In this document: piece by piece, positions 9,730 to 19,098 of the stretch
Layout: every line of letters starts with the position of its first letter
Numbering within the stretch: position 1 is the first letter of the stretch
Assembly: GCF_006345805.1 (NCBI RefSeq)
Contig: NW_021823928.1
Coordinates: 1 to 20,441, forward strand
Length of the DNA: 20,441 nt
From: Octopus sinensis
Lineage: Eukaryota
Direction: 5' to 3'
Translations under genes and position numbers: made by a program
The notes under the pieces: model-generated
The model's input: only the letters and a program-made list of their open reading frames with translations
The model's database searches: none
Told to the model about the DNA's origin: nothing

Positions 9730-9985
9730 TAATAATAATAATAAAATAATAATAATAATAATAATAATAACAATGGTTTCAAATTTTGGCACAAGGCCAG
9801 TAAGTTCAAAGGAGGGAGGAAGTCGATTACATCGACCTTAGTGTTCAACCGGCGCTTATTTCGTTGACCCCGAAAGGAGGAAAGGCAAACTAGACCTCGG
9901 CGGAATTTGAACTCAGAACACAAAGATGGACGAAATGACACTTAGCAATTTGCCCGGCGCGCTGACAATTCTGCCAGCTCACTGC
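9730..9985 (-). mobile_element. SINE copy 5 (body 9774-9985; tail 9730-9773)
   Basis: The reverse complement reads gcagtgagctggcagaattgtcagcgcgccgggcaaattgctaag...gttctgagttcaaattccgccgaggtctagtttgcctttcctcctttcggggtcaacgaaataagc...gtcgatgtaatcgacttcc...ggccttgtgccaaaatttgaaaccatt, then (ATT)n. Confidence 0.9.
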
Positions 9986-10028
9986 AATAATAATAACAAC
10001 AAAATCAACTATAATAATGATGATGATG

Positions 10029-10071
<43 letters not shown>

Positions 10072-10120
10072 CAACAACAACAACAACAACAACAATAATA
10101 ATAATAATAATAATAATGAT
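9986..10120. repeat. (AAT)n/(GAT)n/(AAC)n compound microsatellite
   Basis: Direct reading. Confidence 0.96.
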
Positions 10121-10315
10121 TTTCATTAGCCACAAAGGCCGAACACAAAACAAATAGGGTAAATACAATAGAAGGAGTAAGTGGGGTCTGAACAATGCCT
10201 TGTATACAAAAAGTAACAAAAAAAAAAAAACGATTACAAACAATTTTTCATTAAAAATTCTCAAAAGATATGGGGTGGAGTTTAACAGGGACAACCAAGG
10301 AGTCCCACATATCCT
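10121..10315 (-). mobile_element. Putative non-coding 3' end of another retroelement, possibly the 3'UTR of an L1/Tx1-like family
   Basis: Minus strand: ccttggttgtccctgttaaactccacccc...gtatacaaggcattgttcagacccc...ctttgtggctaatgaaa, running into the microsatellite. The family assignment comes from recollection only. Confidence 0.4.
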
Positions 10316-10319
10316 GGTT

Positions 10320-10565
10320 ACCCCAACCGCTCGGTGCAACTAGCTTGCTGGTGGGAGTTTATTTCACTGTATAATTGCTGTATAGAGTGTGTTTTGTATT
10401 TGTGGGTTGTTTTGTTTAGTGTGTATTATTGCATTGATAGTGTATTGCGCAGAATGTGGGCTGTTCCTAGCAGGACTATTTTTTTTGGACAGTGTGTAGT
10501 GTTGGGGATCCAGGTATAGCTTCTACATCTTTGTTCATTTGATTTTTTATTATGTCCAAGGCTCA
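10320..10565 (-). mobile_element. Short R4/Dong-like LINE 3' end
   Basis: Minus strand: ALDIIKNQMNKDVEAIPGSPTLHTV, frameshift, IVLLGTAHILRNTLSMQ*, then a 3'UTR. Confidence 0.8.
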
Positions 10566-10566
10566 A

Positions 10567-10655
<89 letters not shown>
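10567..10655. repeat. Pure (ATT)n tract; tail of the 10656-11210 element
   Basis: Direct reading. Confidence 0.98.
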
Positions 10656-11210
10656 GATTGAGAGAGAGAGCAGTTCATGCCATCAAAGTGAGACTGGGGT
10701 AAAATATACGCAGCCCAGCACACCCATCATAACTACCCATCTGATAAGGGTACACTAGGCACATGCATCACAACCATATGTGCACGACATTATACTCTCA
10801 TATCAATATAAACAGCACATGACATTTCAGGTGAGGCCCAGTTAGAATTTTCTTCTGGTCGAGTAACCCTTCCTTCTCAAAATGTCCCTGAATAAGGATT
10901 GTTTAAGGATGTTGAACGAAACACCCATGTTTCCAAAGATGAATTATCCAAACCGCCAAGAATTCCTTTCAACACACGGCTATGATGCTCCCCCACTACT
11001 TCTGTTCATAATCAGAGATGCATATATCGTCAGCCACTAAGGGACATGCTCAACTGGTTAAGGTCAAACAACTGACAAGCAAATCTGTGGTATTGAGCAG
11101 AATATTTGCTGTAGCCCATCTTTTATACCAAGACAAAACAATGTATGATACACTTCCAATCAGTTAAGATCAGAAGCCACGGGAGCCACTGCCTTGTACT
11201 GCATCAGGGC
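10656..11210 (-). mobile_element. ~555-bp non-coding retroposon-like interspersed repeat with an (AAT)n tail; family name not assigned
   Basis: GC-richer block with sharp ends between two microsatellites. The minus strand starts gccctgatgcagtacaaggcagtggctcccgtggcttctgatcttaactg and ends ttgatggcatgaactgctctctctctcaatcataataat. I recall it as an abundant octopus repeat but have not verified this. Confidence 0.62.
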
Positions 11211-11213
11211 AAT

Positions 11214-11299
11214 TTTCTTCTTCTTTTCTTGCTCTTCTTCTTCTTCTTCTTCTTCTTCTTCTTCTTCTTCTTCTTCTTCTTCTTCTTCTTCTTCTTCTT

Positions 11300-11330
<31 letters not shown>

Positions 11331-11347
11331 TTATTCTTATATTATGA

Positions 11348-11375
<28 letters not shown>
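11214..11375. repeat. (TTC)n then (TTA)n compound microsatellite; the TTA part is the tail of the next LINE
   Basis: Direct reading; the motif switches at ~11328. Confidence 0.97.
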
Positions 11376-11378
<3 letters not shown>

Positions 11379-12696
11379 TAGTAGTCTTATTTTGATCACG
11401 TGTTTCACTGCAATACCGAGCGCAGCTCTATGTTCCATGGGTATGTGCTGTGGTTGTTGTGATACTCTTATTACTGTATTGGAAGTTTTTTTTACGTAGG
11501 ATAGATGTGTGCAGTGCCTGGTTCTGCTATTTTCTATATGTTATATATCCTTGTTAGTCCTGGTGTTTTTGTTATGTACTTTTTATCATACCTAATGCGC
11601 CTACTATGATAAGAATTATTTCTGCTTTTAGACTCCACATTCGAGTTACCTCTATTTCCAGGTCTTTGTATTTTGAAAGTTTCTCCATTTCTTTTAGAGA
11701 AACGTCATCATCTGTTGGTATTGAAATCATTTTTTTTCTTCATGATCTGTGACAACTATATCTGGCCTATTGGCCTTAATTTCTCTATCTGTGTGTATTG
11801 GCATATCCCAGAGTATAGTTGCTTTCTCGTTTTCTGTGACCTTTTCTGGTGTGTGCCTATACCATATTTTTTCTATTGTTATTCCATAGTGTTGGCATAG
11901 CCTCCAGTGTATGTAGGTCCCAACTCAGTCGTGTCTGTTTATATATTCCTTCTTAGCCAGGACTGCGCAGTCAGACACAATCTTGCATTTACTTGTTGAG
12001 TTTCTTTTCATTATATGTGTTTGGTAATTTCTGGTGGTGGTGGTGGTGGGGTTTCAATTAAAAATCCTTCAGTCTCTGCTTTGAATCCTGAACTTCTCAG
12101 TCATTTTGGGGATTTTGCTTTGTCTATTTCTTTTCTCTTTAGTTTAATCCAGTTTTTACCATGAAGCGACTTTTCTTGCCATCATTTTATCACGGTCCAT
12201 TGCTGTTCCAGTTTTAGTTTGGATTTCAGTTGTTTTACAGTTTTTATTGTTTCTTCTTTTTCTTCATAGTTGTTAGGTAGTATAACTTCTTTTTTATTTT
12301 TGTCAGCTTCCTTAAAAACTGAAAAGTTTTTTCTTGTTTTATTCATGTTTTGAAGCTGTTTGGATTAGTTTTATTTGCTTCTGAATTAGGCATTTTTCAA
12401 GACCTATTGTGGTTATTTTCTAATATTTTTTCTAGCTGTATAAGACCTCTGCCACCTTCTGTACGTTGTATATATAACCTTTCTGTGTCAGATTTTGGAT
12501 TATACATCTTAAATACTATCATTATGTTCTTTTTTCCTGTCTATTTTGATTAGTTCATTTAGAGTCTATTTAAGAATATTGAAGCTGTAACTTATAACTG
12601 GGACACCTAAAGTGTTGATACCTATTATCTCGTTTTTCGCATTGATCTCTGTTTTCAGTATTAATCTAACTCGTCTATAGTATTCCTTTTTATTTT
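11376..12696 (-). mobile_element. 5'-truncated R4/Dong-like LINE (thumb, zinc-knuckle region, RLE, 3'UTR)
   Basis: EYYRRVRLILKTEINAKNEIIGINTLGVPVISYSFNIL; YNPKSDTERLYIQRTEGGRGLIQLE; WQEKSLHGK; LRSSGFKAETEGFLI; CAVLAKKEYINRHD*VGTYIHWRLCQHYG; TILWDMPIHTDREIKANRPDIVV; KYKDLEIEVTRMW..IIVGALG. Its 3'UTR is shared with 5821-6028. Confidence 0.93.
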
Positions 12697-12825
12697 CTGA
12701 TCAAACTTCTCCTATTCTTTCTTCTGGACAAGTATCGATCTCACTCTTAGGGTGGAAGGCTCTGTGCACTGTCAATATTTTTGTTGTATTCGTTTACATG
12801 TTCATCAGGTCTTTCTGTTGCCAGT
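12697..12825 (-). mobile_element. R4/Dong-like fragment B; the continuation of plus-strand fragment A at 14518-14854
   Basis: Minus strand: WQQKDLMNM*TNTTKILTVHRAFHPKSEID, frameshift, SRRKNRRSLI, equivalent to the ...DRKTRKxLTxHxxxHPKxDxxRLY..GGRGL segment. Confidence 0.85.
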
Positions 12826-14517
12826 TGGCGAGAATGGATCTTGACCATTTCTTTGTAGCGAAACAAGAAGTTTGAATTGTCAGAGCTGAGGCCCGTGCGT
12901 TAAGACATGAGGGAACTAAAGCCCTCCGATAGTCCGATTGAGAAGCGACGTGGCAACAAAACCACGATCGGATCTTTGACGGATCAGGACAGGCGCGTGC
13001 TATATGATTCTGGGCAAAGTGTATGCGGCTTTTCAGCAGCACTTAGCGGAACTATTTGAAGGGAGTGATGGGTCAACGACGGTGGAGGATTTTATTTCTT
13101 ATCTAGATGACCTGTCGCGGCTCTCAGCAACGGACGTGAGATTCTGTGGAAAGTTGATAACGGCCACTGAAATACGAGAGGCTATGAGCGATTGCACAAG
13201 TCACAAATCGCCAGGTTTAGATGGTCTGTCCTATGAATTCTATGTATTCATGCCAGATTTGTTTGGTGACCACTTGTCAGACGTTTACCGCAACTGGCAA
13301 TAAGAACGGGAGAATTCCTAGTGCTGTTAGTCGGGGTGTGGTGTCACTCCTGAAGAAGTACGCCTACAGTGGGGACGTGCTAGGGAATTTTCGGCCCATA
13401 ATTCTGCTAAAAAACATTGTTTATGATTTTGACCAAGGTGTTAACGAAAGGTTGGCGATTGTCCTTGGCAGTCTAGTAGGGGAAACACAAACGTGTTCAA
13501 TCCCGAACAGGTCTATCCACGAAAACTTCCACCTTATGCGATACATCATAGAGAGGGCTCGGGCTAAAACTGGCTTTGGTGGAGCTCTGATCAATTTCAG
13601 TCAAGCAAAAGCATTCGACAGGGTCGATCATCGCTACCTGGAAGCCGTTCTTAAAGCGACCGGTTTCGGACCCGTTTTCAGAGACTGGATCGTTACAATG
13701 CACAGCGGCACCTGCTCGGTAGTCAAAGTAAATGGCCAGCTGTCGGAACCGTTTAGCATCGCCAGCTCGGTCTATCAGGGTTATCCGCTGTCATCTCTTC
13801 TGTACGTGGTAGCTTTCGAGCCACTGCTGCGGAAGATGGAACAATTGAGGAGCATCCCTTTCGAACGGGGTCTCGGAAGAGCAGTGTCTCCATACGCAGA
13901 TGACATCACCGTCATGGTGTCGGACGTTTCCGAAGTGGAGACGGTCGGCTTCATTTTAAAAGAATATGTGTCAGTTGCAGTGGCTAAAATCAATACCGAA
14001 AGGGCTTACAACTGGGCATCTAGATAGGCAGGTCGATACCGCCGGATGCTGTTGTTGGACGCTGGACTGACGGACCAGTTAAACTGATCGGGGCCTGGTT
14101 TGGACCCGAACTCCAAGTTAGTCGGGATGTGGTGACACTGCTGATGAAGTACGCCTACAGTGGGGACGTGCTAGACATTTTCAAGTTTCACTTGAAAAGG
14201 AAAGGGTGGAGAGTGAGGTGCTGTCCTGGAGTGAATTTATGAAAAGATGGGTGAAAGTTACGAAAATGGCAAGAGTGGATGGTGCTGGGACGAGGTGACG
14301 AACAGGGTGGCCAGTCTCACCCAGAAATGAACTGAGAGGAAACTGTCCTTGAAAGGTCGGGCAGAGGTGGTGAATGCCTATATCGCCTCCGTTATCAGTT
14401 ATCGTTTGACCGTCGGTTCTTGCTCCAGTTATTGCTTGATTAAGTTCGAGCGACTCTTGTTCATGTTCTCGAGGAAGGGACGCGTTCAAGTGATCAGGCG
14501 GTCAATTTGCTACCAGC
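12825..14517 (+). mobile_element. L1-group (Tx1-like) LINE ORF2 fragment containing a frameshifted reverse transcriptase domain
   Basis: KSPGLDGLSYEFY; VSLLKK...NFRPIILL; LVGETQTCSIPNRSIHENFHLMR; INFSQAKAFDRVDHRYL..VLKATGFG; VKVNGQLSEPF...VYQGYPLSSLLY; YADDITV; WFGPELQ; WDEVTNRV..RKLSLKGRAEVVNAYIASVISYRL. Confidence 0.93.
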
Positions 14518-14854
14518 GCTAATATTAGAATGGAATTTGGTCTCAAGAAGTGTGGTATAATGCACCTCAAAAAAGGTAAAGTACAGTCCCTAGCAGAGAT
14601 AAATTAATTAACAGAGAACTGATTAAACATATTGAAACGGAAGGCTACAAATACCTTGGCATATTAAAGTGCAAAGAAATCATGGAAAAGGAAACGAAAG
14701 AACTGAGAAAGGAATATTTCCGAAGACTGAGGTTGATGTTGTACTAAAAATTTACCGGATGGAATAATTCCAAGCAGTTAATACATGGGCAATAGCATCA
14801 CTTTGGTATGGAGCAGGCATCATAGACTGGCAACAGAAAGATCTGATGAACATG
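14518..14854 (+). mobile_element. R4/Dong-like fragment A (RT domain 7 and thumb)
   Basis: NIRMEFGLKKCGIMHLKKGKV; IKHIETEGYKYLGIL..ELRKEYFRRLRLML; AVNTWAIASLWYGAGIIDWQQKDLMNM. Confidence 0.9.
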
Positions 14855-15358
14855 GAGGAGCATGGGGTGATTGTGGAGGTGAAGTCCACCCCACAACTCA
14901 GCAAGACTGGAATTCTTATGGAATTCCAGATACTAGTTTCTCAATAGGAAATAAATCGCATCCCGATTTTTTCTCTTTGGGGAAATGCAAACAGATGCCA
15001 GTTTCTCTAGAAGGAAAGAAACAGAAAGGTTAAAGAAAACAAAATGGCGGGGCGGGGATGATAGAGATGTGGCCCTCCTGATACAGGAAGGTCTCTAGGA
15101 ATAATCGAGGATTCCCACTATCCGAGATTTCCCTGAAACCCCAAGAGCAGGTGCCCTCTCCAAATCCTTCTTGCCGTCTCACAAGTCTACACTTGTAAAT
15201 CTACTCAGAAACTTCCAGCTTTTTGACAGGTATCGATTGGATTTTACTGATATGCCAGTGTGGACATGGAGCAATCACAATGGGTCATCCAGATCGCATC
15301 TAGATAAAGTATTTGTTAGGTCAGCGGATAAGGATAGTATTGGATGTCAACAATTCAA
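14855..15358 (+). mobile_element. L1/Tx1-like 5' fragments: possible ORF1 remnant (~14855-15030) and apurinic-endonuclease remnant (~15190-15358)
   Basis: LVNLLRNFQLFDRYRLDFTDMPVWTWSNHNGSSRSHLDKVFV matches the L1-type EN pattern D(x)(W/Y)R...TW...SRxD. The ORF1 call (GVIVEV...IP...QMPVSLEGKK) is weak. Confidence 0.65.
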
Positions 15359-15419
15359 AACCACTGAACCACTGAATAAATAGTCCAATTGCTAACAGCT
15401 TTAGAAAAGGAAATAGCTT

Positions 15420-15700
15420 TGTTGAGGTTCATTGTGTTATAATTGATGCTGTTGTTGTTGTTGGTGTCGTCATTGTTGTTGTTTTTTAAACAGTTATCAC
15501 TATTGTTGTTTTAGATCGTGTTCATGTTACTTTCCTTGATTTCGATCTTGTTCATCTTGTTGCTGGTGCTGTTGTTGATACAGTTGCTGTTATTATTATT
15601 GTTTCTGGTGTTTGTAGTGGTGGTGCTGTTTCTGTAGTCTTTGTTGTCATTACCATTGCTGTTGGTACTTTTGCACTTGTTACTGTCGTCGTAGCAACAA
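15420..15700. repeat. Degenerate, cryptic (TTG/CTG)n low-complexity tract
   Basis: 3-nt periodic gtt/gct/att repeats read directly. Confidence 0.8.
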
Positions 15701-16279
15701 GAGGAAATCATATGTCTCTTTCGCGAAAAACTCCTTTTACCTTCGGCTGCATTTGTTCTCGGAGTTACAGCAGTACTGCTCTTGGTCGGAGCCAATTATT
15801 ATTAATTTTTCGTGATCCGACAAAGCGTTACAATTTATCTTGGAGATATACTAACACTAGCATATGTATATGCCCGATACAACACATTTTCAACCTATGC
15901 TCACGCATATAGAAAATGAAGCAGTCGAAACGGAGAAACACAGACCTCAGTGAGGAACAGACACATAAAATGATCCCTTATTCTTTCATCTCTGTGGACT
16001 ATAGTCTTGACTATTTATCCCTCCAGATTTGGTATCCGTTTGAAGATGAGGTTTCCTTTTTTTTTTTCGTAATACGTAATGTTATTTTATAATTCCGCCC
16101 TACCGTCCAACGAATCACTAAACGTTTACAGAGTTTTATCGTTTAGTCACAGATCATCCCACAAAGAATAACTGATGCCGTATTCATCCCGTATTGTGTG
16201 ATGCCAGGCTGCATCATCCGATACGGATGTTCAAGGTCAGATATATCTCGCTATTATTATTGTAGACTAAACAACTGTG

Positions 16280-17900
16280 TCATCATCATCATCATCATTG
16301 TTCGACACGTGTCGAGACGAAATGGAATTTACCATGGCTCTACGCCAGACTCACGGTCCTCATAGCATTACGGAGGTCCTGTTGCTGGATGCCTATATCC
16401 CTGGAGATTACATTAGGGTAGGAGAGTGTGCGCCATCTGGTATCGGAGCAGAGGAGAAGAGGAGAAAATTACCTCGTTTTCAGCTCTACAAAAATGTCCA
16501 GCAAACTGGACTCTTCTACCTTTCACAAAGAGATGACACAGGTGGTAGTTTCCATATATTTGTACTTGGTTGGATGATGTCTCCACGAGAGATTTTGAGC
16601 TCTCATAAGGAGGCCGAGTGTAAGTTCCATCCAACCGCCTCTCAAGCTTCTTTGATAATGTCCAGGTTTCTGAGCTATATAGTAGAATTGGTTCGACTGA
16701 GGCTTTGAAGATTTCAAGTTTGAAGTCTCTACTTAGATTTGATGACCAGATCTTATGCATGTCATTACAGGCTGACCAGGCCATACCCTTTCTAGTTAGA
16801 AAGTCTTTTCCAGATGATGATATGTGTGACCCAAGATATTTGTAATCAGAACCATATTTAAGGGCGCATTGTTGAGAGTATGGATGATGCAATCACTGTT
16901 GGACAGGCACACTGTTTATGTATTCAGTCTTGGCCTCATTGAGGTAAAGACCTACACAATTTGAGGCTTGTTGAAGAGATTGTAAAAGAGACTGGGCATT
17001 GGAGAGAGAATCACTGATAAGAGCGATGTCGTCAGCAAAGTCAGTGTCTGTCAAGTACTCAGCTGGGTGTCTGGAACTTCTTCTTGGGTTTATTTCAAAG
17101 CCCTTGCCAGAGATGGTATCAACTGACATACGTAGCATATAATCAACAACAACGATGAAAAGAAATGGGGCGAGTGTGTCTCCTGCAGTATTCGGCTTTG
17201 ATTGAGAAAGATGATGTTCTTCGTCAGGGGTTTAGAGATGGTTGAAGACGTATCTGTGTAGAGGACCTTGATGGCAGAAATGATTTTGTCTGGTATCCCA
17301 TAGAGCTTAAGGATTCAAACATCTTGTACCTATCTACAGAATCGAACGCTTTAGAAAAGTCTACAAATACCATTGCAAGATCGCGATTAAATGCTTTTGA
17401 TTCTTCAATAAGTCTGCGTAGGCATAGTATCTGGCTCAGTGTTGAGCGCCCATGTCTGAATCCATTGGTTCTTTTTGAGCAAAGGTCAACAAAAAGGACA
17501 AGACGATTTAGGATCAGTTTGTTGTACAGTTTTGCAGCAATTGACATTAGAGATATACCCCTGTATTTGGTGACGATGGATAAATCGCCTTTTTTGGGTA
17601 TTGGGATGATTGAGATTGGTGCCAAATCTTTGGAGCGACAAAGGTGGAAAGTGTGTGTGTTGTGCAGAGTTGAGCAAAAGTGTGTGAAATAGATCATCCT
17701 TCCAAATATAGCTGGGATGTTGTCGGGACCAAATGCTTTCGAAGCTTTTAGTTGCTTGGGGGCTGCTGTTAGTTCAAATATGGGAAAAGGGGAGGTGTTG
17801 ATGTCCAGCGTGTCTGATATAGGCACACTTGGAAGAGTGGGGTTATCAGGGAATTTGGGATTGTTCCCAAGGAGGTTTTTAGAATGGGTTGACAACTGTG
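16280..17900 (-). mobile_element. 5'-truncated RTE-clade LINE with a near-complete but frameshifted RT and a (TGA)n tail at 16280-16298
   Basis: KNLLGN; KAFGPDNIPA; IIPIPKKGDLSIVTKYRGISLMSIAAKLYNKLILNRL; NGFRHGRSTLSQILCLRRLIE; FVDFSKAFDSVDR; a degraded LQ(G)DTLAPFLF (~17205-17160); DFADDIAL; GLYLNEAKTEY; YKYLGS; SVEPILLYSSETWTL; GRRVQFAGH. The 5' limit is uncertain. Confidence 0.92.
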
Positions 17901-18673
17901 TAGTGGTTGTCTTATTGTATTCGAGCACCTCATTAGTACCTTACTGAGTTCTTTATACTGTAAATTTTCAATTTTATCCTCATTTCCTAGACACCATAGG
18001 TGAATGGTCCTAAGTATTCTTTTCACTATATCTTTGGTAACTTTATATCATTGTAACACGTTCAGCCCGCTTTGCATAGAATTTCTTTAATTCTTCAATT
18101 TAAGGCAAAGCAACAACAACAATGCCAGAAAACTGTTCTTATCCATTGAAAATGTCTCTATAATATGAGTATATATGTATATTCGTACTGATGTGCTTGT
18201 GTGGGCACATGAGTGTGTGTGCTTCAGAAGAGCCTGCAAGCGATTGTACAGACAGCAAAAGTCATTTTACCAGATCTTCTTCGATCACGCATAAAATCTC
18301 TGCAGCAAGGCAATCCGCTTTCCGAGAATATACGAAGACAGAATTTAATGTATTGAATTTGTATCTCCTTAACTTACACATCCTACTCTCTTGAGGAAAG
18401 GAAACTCTAAATTGGATAATTTAGTCTGAGTATGTGGTTGAGGAGATACTACAGTTTACCATTGTAGTATCTACATGATGAGGGCTGACCCTGCGTTCGG
18501 CATCAACGTATATACACACATTCCTATAGCCTATGCAGACACATAAGCACACACGTTTGTGTATTTGTTTTGCAAGATTCAGAATGGACTAAACAGATCA
18601 AGAGGAGACACATGGGACGGAGAGTCGCTGAAGAAGTCACAGGATGTATGACAAAATTTAGACAAAGGAGTAA

Positions 18674-18703
18674 AATAATAATAATAATAATAATAATAAT
18701 AAT

Positions 18704-18738
<35 letters not shown>
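18674..18738. repeat. (AAT)n microsatellite
   Basis: Direct reading. Confidence 0.96.
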
Positions 18739-18739
<1 letters not shown>

Positions 18740-18814
18740 GTTAAAGTGCAAAACAAAATATATAATATGAGGGGTTGTTAATGACTAAAAAAATGACCAT
18801 CCCCAAATTAAACA

Positions 18815-18909
18815 ATATATATATACAGATATATATACATGCATACATAATACATACATACATAAATCACTATATATATACATATGTATATATATATATT
18901 ATATATATA

Positions 18910-18945
<36 letters not shown>

Positions 18946-19098
18946 ATAATATATATGCATATATACATACATACATTACATACATACATAATATATATAT
19001 ATATATATAAGATATAATATATATATATATATATGTATATGTAGGAATATATTATATATCTATACACCACCACACATGTATATATATATATATATATG
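18815..19098. repeat. AT-rich compound (TA)n/(TACA)n microsatellite
   Basis: Direct reading. Confidence 0.94.

Noticed and set aside
13221-14027. 268-aa RT ORF, and the 234-aa ORF at 17224-17928, as functional CDSs, retrons or group II introns
   Set aside because: Both are pieces of frameshifted eukaryotic LINE ORFs (Tx1-like and RTE) with flanking LINE domains. Neither has an intact start or the full domain set.
12797-14854. The 29-bp inverted repeats as terminal inverted repeats of a DNA transposon or MITE
   Set aside because: The repeat is in-frame LINE coding sequence continuous with LINE sequence on one side of each copy. There is no transposase and no evident target-site duplication.
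15511-15795. Asn/Thr/Ser-rich 94-aa ORF as a low-complexity protein
   Set aside because: It is explained by a degenerate trinucleotide tract, and no gene structure supports it.
18444-18500. Hairpin agatactaca-gtttaccat-tgtagtatct followed by atgatga-gggctgaccc as a hammerhead ribozyme
   Set aside because: The 10-bp inverted repeat is real, but the core lacks the C of CUGAnGA and there is no GAAA after the putative stem II.
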